Positions 1 through 11,586 of a stretch of DNA of 45,749 nucleotides are shown here, piece after piece (the stretch's first letter is position 1; each line of letters starts with the position of its first letter). Under the pieces are notes generated by a model, which ran no database searches, was not told where the DNA came from, and saw only the letters and a program-made list of their open reading frames with translations. The translations under genes were made by a program, and so were the position numbers. This stretch comes from Basidiobolus meristosporus CBS 931.73 (Eukaryota > Fungi > Basidiobolomycota), in contig MCFE01000685.1 in the NCBI GenBank assembly GCA_002104905.1, positions 1 to 45,749 of the forward strand, given 5' to 3'.

Positions 1-539
1 TTTCCATATTCAGGCTTCTTTTGCCAATTATCTTTCATTTTGAGACACCAGTCCTAAGCTTCCTAGCTCAATTTCTAAGAGATTCCTTCTGGAACCTTCT
101 ACTACCTTCCAGAAAGTTCCTGACCCTTCCAAACCACTGTTACACAATGGAACATTCCATGGAAGCTTCCCATTGTATTTTTCATAGTCCAGTACTATAT
201 ATGGAAATACCAGGTCACATGACTTAGTCACATGATCAGGTGACCTAATCCACTTCCCCATCCTGTCTCAGTGCCGTGCCATCTATGTCATTTTCCCCAG
301 CACCATTGCTGTGCCTCACCCCACAACCCCATTAGTATTAGCCAATATCTCTTGGCATCAGTATAACCAAAAAGTATATATAGTCCTATCCCCCCTTAAG
401 TATTCCTCAGTCTGATAAACACAGGTCTTGAATAAACAGCCTTGCCTTGAATCCTGCCTTGCCTTGATGGTCCACACCTAAGTCCTTCCCTGCCATGCCT
501 AGCTTTTCCTCCTGCCTTGTGTCTATTCATAACAGTTAG

Positions 540-969
540 TATGCCCACAGATTCCATCTTATCTACTAGCAGGGTAATTCTGTTAATTAGATTTTTCATT
601 TCTTCTCCTGGCAGCATCTTTGTAGTATAAAGTTTTTGTCTCAGATACATTTTCTTAGCAGCTGAACATGACTGGTAGGTGTCTTCTAATGCCTTCCAGG
701 CTTTTTTTGCTGTCTTTGCTCTTGAGCATTGAATTAGCAATTTGTCTTTAACATTAAGGCAAATGTAGTTAAAGACACTTTGTTCTTTATTCTGGTACCT
801 CAAGGCTTCCCCTCCCATGTCTTTAGGAGGGCATTCTTCCCCCATGACAATATCCCAAAGGCCTCTTTCTTGTAGCAGGATCTTCAACTTCACATTCCAC
901 ACTTGGTAGTTAGATCCATCTAACTTTTCAGCAGAGGGAAAGATTCCAGTAATAGCAGTAGTAGACATT
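540..969 (-). mobile_element. Ty1/copia gag (UBN2/Retrotran_gag_2-like), 3'-truncated; no pol in window
   Basis: The ORF reads KLDGSNYQVWNVKLKILLQERGLWDIV...IQCSRAKTAKKAWKALEDTY...KKMYLRQKLYTTKMLPGEEMKNLINRITLLVDKMESVG, the typical copia gag N-terminus. Similarity stops near 540 and is followed by CCTTG-rich unrelated sequence. It lies directly downstream of a PBS and an LTR. Confidence 0.88.
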
Positions 970-987
970 GCAGAGAGTGACAGCTTG

Positions 988-999
988 GGGCTCATAACC
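988..999 (-). promoter_or_regulatory. Primer-binding site GGTTATGAGCCC, complementary to the anticodon arm of initiator tRNA-Met (Ty5/copia half-tRNA type)
   Basis: The minus strand reads ...CTTACAAAA GGTTATGAGCCC CAAG..., directly between the LTR end and gag. It is the reverse complement of GGGCUCAUAACC in fungal tRNAiMet. Confidence 0.8.
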
Positions 1000-1328
1000 T
1001 TTTGTAAGAGTCTTGGAGATATTGGAAGTGATTGGGAAGACAAGTAGATTATGTGGTTTTCACTTAATGATTTATTGAATGTAAAAGTAGTATTTATACT
1101 TTTACCTGGTCTTGGCATAACAAACACGTAGAATAGGTCAAGGAAGGTCTCAAGAACATGTGTGCAAAGTTTGGGGCTGTTTGGACAACTTATCTAATTT
1201 TCATGTTTTGGGTAAATATTCTAAGTAAATCCCAACAAGGAATTTGGTCAGTATTCTCTAGGATATGAAGGTAATGATCTAAGTGACTAAGTTAGGTGAA
1301 TATTTAGGTGGAAATACAAATCTTTACA
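1000..1328 (-). mobile_element. 5' LTR of the copia element
   Basis: It aligns end to end by eye with 8436-8776 and in inverted orientation with 1341-1585. The other two copies end ...TTACAACA; this copy ends ...TTACAAAA next to the PBS. Confidence 0.8.
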
Positions 1329-1340
1329 ATAGTTATTGTA

Positions 1341-1585
1341 TACTTAAAACATTTTCACCAAAATATCAGGTACCCCAACCATGAAAACTCTCAAAGTTGT
1401 CCAAACAGCCCCAAACTTTGCACACATGCTCTTAGGACCCCTCTTAGCCTAGTTTGCATGTTAGTTATGCCAAGATCATGTAAAAGTATCAATACTACTT
1501 TTACATTCAATCAATCATCAAGTGGAAACCCCATGATCTACTTGTTCTTCTCATCACTTCCAGTATCTCCAGGATTCTTACAACA
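1341..1585 (+). repeat. Partial copia LTR copy in inverted orientation
   Basis: AAGTTGTCCAAACAGCCCCAAACTTTGCACACATG is the exact reverse complement of part of the 5' LTR. The copy ends ...TTCTTACAACA at 1585 and has no PBS after it. Confidence 0.8.
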
Positions 1586-3902
1586 CCAACAAGGATGTTA
1601 CAGCCAAAGCAGTTAGCTCATTTACTGCAATATAAATCACCATGTTAACAAAATGCACAAGTGTTGAATCAAGCAAATATTATCAATCAAGCCAACATAC
1701 ATTTACCAAGAAAATGGATATACCTAACTTATGACAAGCCAAATACCACTATCTCAATTCATCAACTCGGCATGCAACTGTCACCTGACTGCCTAAAAGA
1801 TGGAGAACGGTGTATATAGTTCACCCCAATTTCCGAAAATCAAACCACTCATTGGGATTACCAAGACCAAACAAAAAGAGCACAATGATGTATAGGCAAT
1901 AGGCCCAAAACCACAGATGTACGTATGACCATCAGCTGAGGGCTTTTTTTTGAACCCTAGGAAAAAGATGTGACGGAGATGGATGCCAATTTCTGCCACT
2001 GTTGGCCCATGTTTTTGTGGGAAGCCATCCATCAATCGCTCTTGGTAACTCCCCTGCGATATGTGAGTGGGTGCTTTGGAAATCATCGCACCTCTGAAAT
2101 CGAAATTGTTGAATGGAACAGTTTTGTCCAACGCTGGTATCCCGTGATCCAGCCCCATATGGGTCCGTAGTCCATTGTTAATACGAGCATGAGCATCATG
2201 CAATGTGACAATTTGTTGGCGGTGGTGTGCAGTGCCAGTATCAAATTGCTGAGTATGAATCGAAGTGGACCACCTGAAGTGACAATCAAGGCAATTCAAG
2301 CCGACTGGTTGCATAAGCTTGCATTTCGGCATGTGCGACAAAGCTCAGGGCTACCTGATAATATCGTCAGCAACCCACCATCCTTGACAGTGCACCAACA
2401 GGTGTGTCACGCTTCAGAAATTACGTGGAGCCGTACGATATCTCCCCAGAAATCCTGACCTTGCCTTCAAAAGCACCATTAGGTGCTCAACACTACCTTT
2501 GGGTCCGCGGCGCAATCTATCCAAATTCGCTGCGTACTCTCTGGCCTGGGAAGATGATTTCCATCTTGATGAATGATTCCGAAACCTCGACACTCACAGC
2601 ATTTCGCAACCATTGCACCGATCATACTTGTTTAGTATGCAGGCTAGTGCAGCCGAGTATACTCTTCACTCGTGGCTCTTTCTAGCTGCAGCGCCTCCAC
2701 AATGGGTAGGTTGTGCTCCGGTCACTAGAGTGATGCATGTTTCAAAGATTGAACGTGATTTCCCAGGTGGGATTGGTGTTACACCGTCCTCCCCTGTGAC
2801 ATATACGATAAGGAATGGCTCATCCTGTGATTCGACGGCCCAGGAGAACGAACCGACCACTGATCCACAGCGTGCCACCTATTTCGCACCAAGAGATGGA
2901 TGCAACAATCCAAGGAATAGCATTGTGCTCTGGACATTCTGCATAGATCAACCATTCCCCTAAAATTGATGTGACCCGGCCCTGGGGGCTCGATGTGACG
3001 ATCCAGATGCGGTAAGCCAGGCCTATTGTAGCGACCGAAGGGAAATTGCATTTTCGGATCGCAATTTCTCTCGAAACTCGACCCCCCAGCCAGGTTGCAA
3101 ACCCATCCAGCTGGATATTTTTATGGCATCCGCACCGAAAGAGGATTCTTGGTTCGTCAGGCGGATCTCCCACTTGCCAGCCAGCGGAAGACGACTCGCT
3201 GGGCAAATGCACAACCGGCGTATATAGCAGTGGTTCGAGAGAACGCGTATTCTTACGCTGCTCTACATAGGAATAGATGGCTGTTACTCCGAATCAGGAC
3301 CCCCACCTGATCGGTTTGGCTGATATGGGCCCTTGAGGGTTTGAGCGGACTTGGTCCTGGTCGATCCTCAATCCAGAGCGGGTTTTTCTTGGAAGTATTC
3401 AGGTGGGACATGCTGCATGTTAACAAGATTGCCTTCTGGGCGAGGCTGCCGTAGCGTTTGGAGCACCAGGGCCTTTGTGTCCTAATCGAAGAGCCTATCG
3501 CTGGAAGTGAGCAGTCCAGGTTACGTATCAGATCGGAGAACCAGAGACCTTGTGTGCGCCTTAATTGAACCCAAAATCCTGACAACTTTGCGAGAATGCG
3601 CTCCGAGTTACCCAGAATAATATAGGGGTTACTTTAAATGAATCGATTTCAATTGCCAATTTGGTCGATTCAATAATTCGTTCAACCCAATCATCCCCGC
3701 TGATAAGCCGGTTCAATATTAGGAGCCACCAACACAAATGAGCTCCACCCGACAATGGACGCATGGCATTGACCAGGCGGGGATATTTAAGCCTCGGTTG
3801 CGATCTACCATCTCCATCCAAGTTGACTTTCCGGCAAAGTCGAATCACCAAGCTTCCTCCTCACCTAACCTCTTACACATCTAACCTCGACTTCTGCCCA
3901 CC

Positions 3903-4799
3903 ATGAATGCAATCCATCTCAGTGTCAAACCTGCTGGTGGCTGGTCTACTCTCGTTGCATCACTGTTATTGCTAGGCAATATTCTCTGTGTTGCTGGGTT
4001 CAACACAAGTCACACTGTATATGAATCCCGTCTGGCACGTAGAGCCTCAAGCTCTTGGAGCAGTGGTGATTCCGCTTCTCTGAACGCCTGGGGGATAGAA
4101 AAAATCGCCTTCGGCAAAGATAACTACCAATTCGTGAAGGACCCGGCCGGCGGCTCCGATATGGTGTTAAGAGTATTCTATCCTCAGGGAAGCCGCACTC
4201 CCACCTCGCCCGGAAAGCAGGGTGGTGTCGGCTTCTACGCTGATCCGATTCAACTCCAGGATGAGGCCACACTCGAGTATCAGGTGTACTTCCCCGAGAA
4301 TTTCAATTTTGTTAAGGGCGGCAAACTCCCGGGCTTCTACGGTGGATCCGGAGACTGTACCCAGGATAGCCGCAACGGGAATCGATGCTTCTCTACCAGA
4401 TTCATGTGGCGCGATGGGGGTGATGGGGAGGTTTATTCCTATGCTCCCGACAAGCAGGCAAGCGAGTACTGCCATATCCCTCCGGAAACCGTGTGTAATC
4501 CTCAGTATGGGGACTCGCTCGCTCGAGGCTCCTTCAAGTTTACCCCTGGAAAATGGAGCGTCGTCCGCCAGTCGATTCGTCTCAACACAGTTGGCAAGCA
4601 AGATGGGCTGCTCAAGGTGTGGATGGATGGCCAGTTGGTGATTGACTACAACCAAATGGTCTTCCGTGTTCAGCCAGACGCCAAGTTATCTGGAATCCTG
4701 TTCCACACGTTTTTCGGTGGTGCTGACCCATCCTACAGGACTCCAGTCAATACATACACCTATTTCAAGGAGGTCACGCTATCTCCCTCGGCTGCCTAG
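3903..4799 (+). CDS. Secreted polysaccharide lyase family 14 (alginate/glucuronan lyase-like), intronless
   Basis: Hydrophobic signal peptide; motifs LRVFYPQGS, FNFVKGGKLPGFYGG, FSTRFMWR, GDGEVY, RGSFKF..GKW, FHTFFGG. Confidence 0.9.
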   Translation: MNAIHLSVKPAGGWSTLVASLLLLGNILCVAGFNTSHTVYESRLARRASSSWSSGDSASLNAWGIEKIAFGKDNYQFVKDPAGGSDMVLRVFYPQGSRTPTSPGKQGGVGFYADPIQLQDEATLEYQVYFPENFNFVKGGKLPGFYGGSGDCTQDSRNGNRCFSTRFMWRDGGDGEVYSYAPDKQASEYCHIPPETVCNPQYGDSLARGSFKFTPGKWSVVRQSIRLNTVGKQDGLLKVWMDGQLVIDYNQMVFRVQPDAKLSGILFHTFFGGADPSYRTPVNTYTYFKEVTLSPSAA

Positions 4800-5195
4800 T
4801 CTTGGGCCAGCCAATGTAACCTAAGAAACTTCTGTCGTTTTGGCATCACTAGCCGATGCCAAAGAGTATAGTTTGATGATCGTGTAAATGTTTATGCTCC
4901 AGGAATAAATAAATAAATCAAATCAGCTATGTACCTTACTGGAAATGGATCAATTTCATGCCAATGCCCTCTATCTGACTGTGGCCAATCTGCTTGGTTG
5001 ACGATGCTACCCATGGAATCTCACCCTCACCATGGGGTTCGACGGCCGTAGGCGGTGGAGTGATGTGAGACTACAAGAAAGCAACTGTTTGCCACCGGAA
5101 TGTTCGATTGAGTATTTATTGTTCGCAGATATATAATAGAGGGATACATGTTCGTTTCTATATTCTAAGTCTATGGTCGTCGCGGCTTTCCCTGT

Positions 5196-6047
5196 TCATG
5201 GGATGTAGTTGTATATTTCGAAATCCTTGAAGTAGGAGTATTGGCTCTTGGGGGTTCGATAGGCTGGAGTTGAGCCACCGAAGAAAGTGTGGAATACAAG
5301 ACCAATGATGCGCTCATCATCACTTCTACGAAGAACCGCCTTATCGTAGTTGATGACCAGTTTTCCATTAAACCATACTTGGATTAATCCATTTTGTTTA
5401 CCGACATCGTTCATGCGAAGGGATTGACGAATCGTGTTCCATTTGCCGCGCGCAAACTGGAAGGAGCCTCTGCCTAGGGAGTCTCCATAACGGTGATTGC
5501 AGATTGAATGCGGTGGAATATGACAGTATTCTGGATTCTGGTCGTAGGGTAGATACGCGTAGACCTCACCATAGCCATGAGTTCTCCACATATATCTGGT
5601 TGTCATGCACTGGCGATTGTTCTTACCATTGGGGCATTCGCTGCCGCCCCCATAGAATCCCGGAAGCTTTCCTCCTTTGACAAAATCGAAGTCCTTCGGG
5701 AAATAGACTTTGTACTGAAGGGTGGCTTCTTGATTCAACGCAAGAGGCTCTGCGTAAAATCCAAACCCTCCTTGCTTGCCTGGAGATGTGGGCGTACGAC
5801 TTCCTTTAGGATAGAAGACACGCAGAACCTCACCATCATTACCATCAGGGTCATTCACAAAGCGATAGTTGTGACGCCCAAAAGTGACTTTGGATATATT
5901 GAACGAAGTCAAGTTGGTGGCTCCGTAATTGCTCCAAGATCTATGGTGTTGTGATGGCATTTCCTCTTGCCATGGGCTGAGGCACTCGACGGAGTAGAGG
6001 GCTTGAAGAAGTAGTGCCAAGCCGATGCATACTGTACGTAAAACCAT
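5196..6047 (-). CDS. Second secreted PL14 lyase, paralog of 3903-4799, intronless
   Basis: Signal peptide; LRVFYPKGSRTPTSPGKQGG, FDFVKGGKLPGFYGG, TTRYMWR, YCHIPP, RGSFQF, FHTFFGG; collinear with the neighbouring copy. Confidence 0.9.
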   Translation of the reverse strand: MVLRTVCIGLALLLQALYSVECLSPWQEEMPSQHHRSWSNYGATNLTSFNISKVTFGRHNYRFVNDPDGNDGEVLRVFYPKGSRTPTSPGKQGGFGFYAEPLALNQEATLQYKVYFPKDFDFVKGGKLPGFYGGGSECPNGKNNRQCMTTRYMWRTHGYGEVYAYLPYDQNPEYCHIPPHSICNHRYGDSLGRGSFQFARGKWNTIRQSLRMNDVGKQNGLIQVWFNGKLVINYDKAVLRRSDDERIIGLVFHTFFGGSTPAYRTPKSQYSYFKDFEIYNYIP

Positions 6048-6480
6048 TGTGGATGATCAGCCTGTACGTAGTGGACTGACATGTTGGCAGCATTTATACC
6101 CCTTTGCAGACCTCGCCTGAAAGTATTCTTGGTAGGGAGCAGGGATATACTGTTTGGATGGCTTCCATTCTTGGTTCGTGAGCTGATTTTAGCCACGATT
6201 CGATATGGGCAAGTGTTGGAGTTTTCCCGTCATGCTAGTTCGATAGAAGCATCCTGCCGCCATATATAGTCGGCTTTGATCCGTGAAGGTGCATTTTCGT
6301 ATTCCTCACATCGGAACTGAGGAAGGATTTTATTTATAAATGCCGTCGCTATATGCAGAAGATACGGCCAAAACAACCATTGATTGCGCATCTGAATAGG
6401 TTAATATCTCATGAGAGTCCGAATGTAACTCCATATCACGCAAACGCTGCTGAACCATGCCTTGTCAACAAGCCCATTTG

Positions 6481-7490
6481 GCCAGCCATGACAACATCGT
6501 ATGGGTGCACGACTACCAACTGGGCAACTTGACCACAGTACGGTTGGCTAGTGAGCTATTTAACTTGTAGCTGGGCAGCCAGCCATCCGGCAAGCAAATT
6601 GAAAATACACAGCAATGCCCCACCCACGCATGAGCGCATTCAAGCAATGCCTATAAAAAATGGGGATGGGGCCGTATGTAGAATCTCCCGAAAACTGGGC
6701 CATCTTATTGTGGGCTAGTCTCATTCTGGACATGTCGCTGAAAACCTGGGAATCCATCAACGTTGGGTATGCCGGGAAAGACAGCCACGAGGGGAATTGA
6801 ATTGAGTGCTTATTTATGATCAGTATCGGAGGAGATTTAACATATGAATTGATCTCAGTCAAGGCTATCCACGATAGAATACCACCAGTCGCCACCATTT
6901 ACACCAGAGTGCTGGATCTGATCTATTCCTCAGGAATCCCGGTTCCACGACGAATTTGGCGCCTTACCAATCCACTGGCAGGAATTCATCGCGATTGTTA
7001 TTGAATTGATGCCACTAATGGATGTCTTCTAACCTTAATAAGCTTGACTGAAAATCAAAGTTTCAATCAGTAGCTGGATCCATCCAGAAACCAGCATGTA
7101 TCCAAATATCACCATCAAGAGCCCAAATGGTGGCCCAGTTAGTGCAGGGAAATTCTTGTAATCAATTAATCGAATCGGGTCAGCCCGATGACTCCCTTTT
7201 AAGTCCCTTCGTAAGAATAGATTCGATTACTCTTCAGTGGCATGTGAGCTATCATGATAGATAAAATCTCCAGGGGCCAATTGGTTTCTGCGAAGCGCCC
7301 AATTTGGCTGCAACCTCGTTGTATGATTGCGTGCGTAAGAATCACAAAGAAAGGATCCTGATGTTTACATCGTATCTTTGGTTGCTTCAGGATTCTCAAA
7401 CAAGATATATATGAATGTCATGAAGTTTCGGCGCTTCGGCTACTCATAGGCAGGAGAGCATATTGAGGTTCATTGGCCATAAATCCAACC
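6481..7490 (+). pseudogene. Possible heavily decayed trehalose-6-phosphate synthase (GT20) relic
   Basis: DNIVWVHDYQL at 6490-6522 matches the TPS/OtsA WVHDY(H/Q)L motif. Weaker collinear pieces in other frames: HPASKLKIHSNAPPTHERIQAMPIK, LIYSSGIP, DVYIVS, MNV, LAINP. Many stops and frameshifts. Confidence 0.35.
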
Positions 7491-8435
7491 TATTCGATGA
7501 ATTCCGGGAGATTAACCCCACTACATAGCAAATTTAGCGACATTCAGGTGGTGCAAAGCGAACCATCAGTGATGCCACCTGGAAGCATGGCTATATGGAC
7601 AGCAACGGGAAAAGCTGGCCACACTGCCGTAGGCTTCTTAGGGATTTCCATGAGAAAATTGGGTCACAACTAGGCGGGCATGCTGAATCAGCTTAAAGTT
7701 ACAGGTACATTCACCGTAGATCGAACATAGTTGAGGCCTGGAGGTAAATGGAGGATTTCTCAGGCATTGACTGAGCAATCATTTCTCAATATAGGCGTGA
7801 GTATGGATTGGCCATTTAGGGTACGCTACTCTAAGGTGGAAAGACTCGATTGGATGATCCATGGCTCCTGAAGGTCCAAAACAGGCATGGAAAACTCGCA
7901 AATAAATCGGACTTGTGAGAACATCTACGGTTCCCTGGTGATTCATGGGCAAATATGCACTTTTGTTTTTGGCAGAATTTTGTATCCGACTAAGATCTCG
8001 AACGGTTTTGGAAATATTTGCTAAAATTTGGGGATTTCGGACTACTGGCAACATTCCCATATTTCTGGGTAATCAACCTCGATACGATGGTATTAATTTC
8101 CAAATCCAAGCTCATTCTAAGCCTGTATGAAGTAGTGTTGGGAATTACGGGATGCAATATTAGTTGTTTATTCGCAACACCATCGCAATTAATTATCCAC
8201 ACTAATCACAACTCCATGATTTTGCATATGTGCCATGATATAATCCGACCATATTCACAGCTTGAGAGATGGTGGATTATACAGCATTACAATTTTGAAT
8301 ATCTGTGAACTTGTTACTGGAATGGAGCTTTGATCATGGAAGTCTTTGCACCTACCCGGCTTGGCTTAATTTCATAATTTTGGTGATTTTATCCCACCAA
8401 CTTTTGAAGTTAGAAGTCACGTTTGTACTATTCTG

Positions 8436-8776
8436 TGTTGTAAGGGTTTTGGGGATATTGGAAGTGATTGGGAGAACAAGCAGATTATGTGGTTCTCACT
8501 TGAGCATTTATTGAATACAAAAGTGGTATTTATACCTTTACCTGGTTTTCGTGAGACAAGCACTTCGAATATGCTTTGACAGGCCCTAAATACATGTATA
8601 CAAAGTTTGGGGGGGGTCTTTGAGCAACTGATTAATTTTTCATGTCCTGGGTACCTAATATTTGGGTGAAATATTCTAAGTAAATCCCATAAGAAATTTG
8701 GCTCAAAGATTTGCAGACTATGATCCAAGTAACCAAGTCAAGTGAGTATTTAGGTGTAATTACAAAATTTATAACA
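8436..8776 (-). mobile_element. Solo LTR of the same copia family
   Basis: The minus strand begins TGTTATAA and ends TTACAACA, and it aligns with 1000-1328. It is flanked by TTCTG (8431-8435) and TTCTT (8777-8781), a 5-bp TSD with one mismatch. Confidence 0.8.
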
Positions 8777-10015
8777 TTCTTCAACAATGGGAATGCAAAT
8801 GAAATGTGTTTAGGTTGATCTGTTTAGAGGAATGTATGCTCTTACTGCTGCAGGTAGACGTGGGAACATTCATATGGGATAGATGCGTGTTTGGAATAAG
8901 TGTCCATGCCATTTGTAGATATATGTCACGTTTTGATAGAAATGTTATGAGAACTACCCTAATATGTGGAAGGTAAAAGATGATGTCATATGAACAGGTT
9001 TGAAAGTACAGCCGAGATTTGTGGAGATACTTGTAGAATGCTGTATGATGATCAAAAAGGTTTCCACCTGGGTTGGTTTTAAAATCTCATAAGCTTAGTG
9101 ATAGGGACATATCAGAATATGATAGAGTACGTAGTATATGATACCTAACCATAGACTTTCTCAAATGCCATGACCAATACGACCTTTTTGGTAGCAAGTA
9201 AGGTGGAACACCATTATGCCACCTATGAGCATGGTAAACAATAAATCCAATGTTTGTATCTAGAATAGGGCATGATATAGATCTACATATTGAGACTACG
9301 AACTGCTGTGAGAGCTTTGGAGGTACTGAAAGTAAAGCTTATAAGCTAGAATCTAAGTGACTATACTGCTGTAAATATATAGGTGTTGGTACAATACTTA
9401 CAATATATACTAATCCAACCCTGGCTGTAAGGGAAGTATTGTACCAAATTTGAAACTACAGTACTAAAACACTGTGTTTGCTATGTAATGCTACAAAGCA
9501 TGCTTCACCTAGGCCCAGCAATATTCAACGCCACGGCCATTCTTAGAGGTATTTATTGGCTCTGGTGAACCATACACAAATAATACATATCTCGCTCTTT
9601 ATACAAACGGCTTGCTACAAAGGGTGCGCGTTGATCATCGTCAGTGGAAGACCCTATATCCGCCCTGCTGTATTCACAACGATTTCGCGACTGCTCATTT
9701 GGTACCTACTCAACGCTCTGGTGTAGCGAGCCATTATGCACCGCTGGAGATGCTGTATTTTGTTGTAATTCAATTGCATTAAGCCAGACGTGTTGGAGTT
9801 GACGATAGGCTTACTAAAATAGATAAAATCGACAACTGACCGATGGGGGTGGGCCAGGTGGCTCCAACAAGAGTGCTTGCATTGTATATGAAACTATCAT
9901 CCACAAGGATAACGAGTCAGCCACAATAGGTGTAGGAAGCAAAGCTCAAGCTCGAAATTTACGTTATTTATTCCAAGTATATAACAGCTAAATGTTACAG
10001 CAGTAAAAACCGTAA

Positions 10016-10603
10016 TTACAAACGGGCACGTTGAAGCTCTTCGGGGGAGATTTCTCTCAAGGAGCCCAAATGGGGGGCCTCTCCGGTGACCAAACTCTTG
10101 ACTTGTTCGAAAGAGGAGGAGAGGATGTTTTGATCACTGACCATGTAGAGTACCGATTGGGCCTCGACCTGGAGTAATCCTACACGGGGATCTTCACAGT
10201 CGCCTTTGTGAACTCCATCCTTGAGATCAGGGAAATAAATTGTGTCCTGGGTTGCCCAGTACTTGCGAATTCTCTCCCGATCTTCGACGAGTTTGGCAGT
10301 GCCACTAATACTCATCCACTCCCCCTGCTTAACGATGGCGACATTGACTCGTGGGTCGCCCTCCAGCTCGCTGATTTTGTGACTTTCTTTGTTAGTTAAG
10401 AACCACAGATCAGCAGAGGTTGAGTGGTCCTTGATCCACATGGGTCGAGAGACTAGTTGACCATCACTGGTATGGCTGGTGAATACTGCAATGGCGTTCT
10501 TTTCAATGAATCTGTGAAGATCTTTGAGCTTATCCTCCAAAGGTACTTGAGCGTCGTGGTTTTTCTGGGAAATAGGGTCACGGGGTCCGTCTTGAGAAGC
10601 CAT
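10016..10603 (-). CDS. bli-3: BLI-3 / general stress protein 26-like (pyridoxamine 5'-phosphate oxidase-like FMN-binding fold)
   Basis: First ATG at 10603 (MASQDGP). Motifs DGQLVSRPM, DLWFLTNKESHKISELEGDPRVNV, WMSISGTA, YFPDLKDGVHKGDCEDPRV. Confidence 0.8.
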   Translation of the reverse strand: MASQDGPRDPISQKNHDAQVPLEDKLKDLHRFIEKNAIAVFTSHTSDGQLVSRPMWIKDHSTSADLWFLTNKESHKISELEGDPRVNVAIVKQGEWMSISGTAKLVEDRERIRKYWATQDTIYFPDLKDGVHKGDCEDPRVGLLQVEAQSVLYMVSDQNILSSSFEQVKSLVTGEAPHLGSLREISPEELQRARL

Positions 10604-11586
10604 GTTGTCTTGTAGTGAATTGTACTTAACAGCCACACCGCACCGCGCCCTTTATATAGTCAAGGATCAGTTCGTTGCATCATCGATGCTGATCACAAGT
10701 GACCTCGAAGTCACGTCACGATGTGAGACGGATGCTGTCGACGTAAAAATTAATCAATCGGCACGGATATATGGTAAGTATGTCATAATAACTGACTCTC
10801 AAGTGACGAGCAGCGTTTGATTGCCTGAGTCTCATCTGTTTGCCAGGCCGGAAGAGCAACAACTGCAAGAATCGAAGAGATTCATAGCAGACAGCCAATC
10901 ATAACACGGTGACTGGAGATTCTTGGAGGGCAGTAGCTCATGGCTATGGTGACATCAGCAAACTCCAACAGCCCCCAATCACTGGAATCCATCACAAAAT
11001 CGCCTTCAAGTTGGTTTAGATGGCTGGTTAATGCTCAACTTTAATCACCATTAAAGCAAGACCTCTCAGACCAGATTAGTAATTTGATGGAATATTCGGA
11101 AGGAATCCCCATCCAAGCAGGAAGGTCGTGTGAGCAAATTAGTGTTGGGTACCAATAGTTTCACTTCCCATTGACCAAAATGCAGAACGCTCCGAAGAAC
11201 ACTTCTCGAGCTTCTCTGAAGGTTGCCAAGAGCACATAGGAGCGAGCACCACGGTAACCCTATACCCCCAGTAGCGATTATACTGCCATTCACCAGCCTT
11301 GTTGGCTGCCAGTCTGATATCAAATGTGGCGAAGCAACTTGTACCCATTTCCCTCTGATAGCCAAAAGTGGATTAATTGGCGATAGAGGCACGGGATGCA
11401 AATCAAATCGTCAGCAAATCCCAAGAAATCATTTAGGAGATTTCATCTCATTTGCTCCTTAGTGTTGATTGAAAAACCTTGTTTATCCATGGCTAAATGG
11501 CTGCAGTATTCAAGGATAAATCAGAATGTCGGATCGCTTATAAAAGAGACTTGGGTTCTTTCCTTCATCGCTTCTTTTTACTAAAC

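Noticed and set aside
60-260. CCTTCC-rich motifs and tandem GTCACATGA palindromes
   Set aside because: The CpG-poor sequence suggests a repeat fragment, but no second copy or terminus is visible in the window.
1308-1616. ORFs 1308-1616, 8417-8728 and the first 45 codons of ORF 396-1127 share peptide similarity
   Set aside because: They are chance translations of non-coding LTR copies.
1793-3851. Dense overlapping short ORFs, including a GH16-like YSLAWEDDF at about 2535-2561
   Set aside because: There is no coherent gene model and no same-strand ExDxxE catalytic motif, so the region is left unannotated.
4000-5954. Antisense and alternative-frame ORFs over the PL14 genes (and similarly over the G-alpha, thiolase, CE4 and LINE ORFs)
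   Set aside because: They are shadows of real coding regions and carry no independent motifs.
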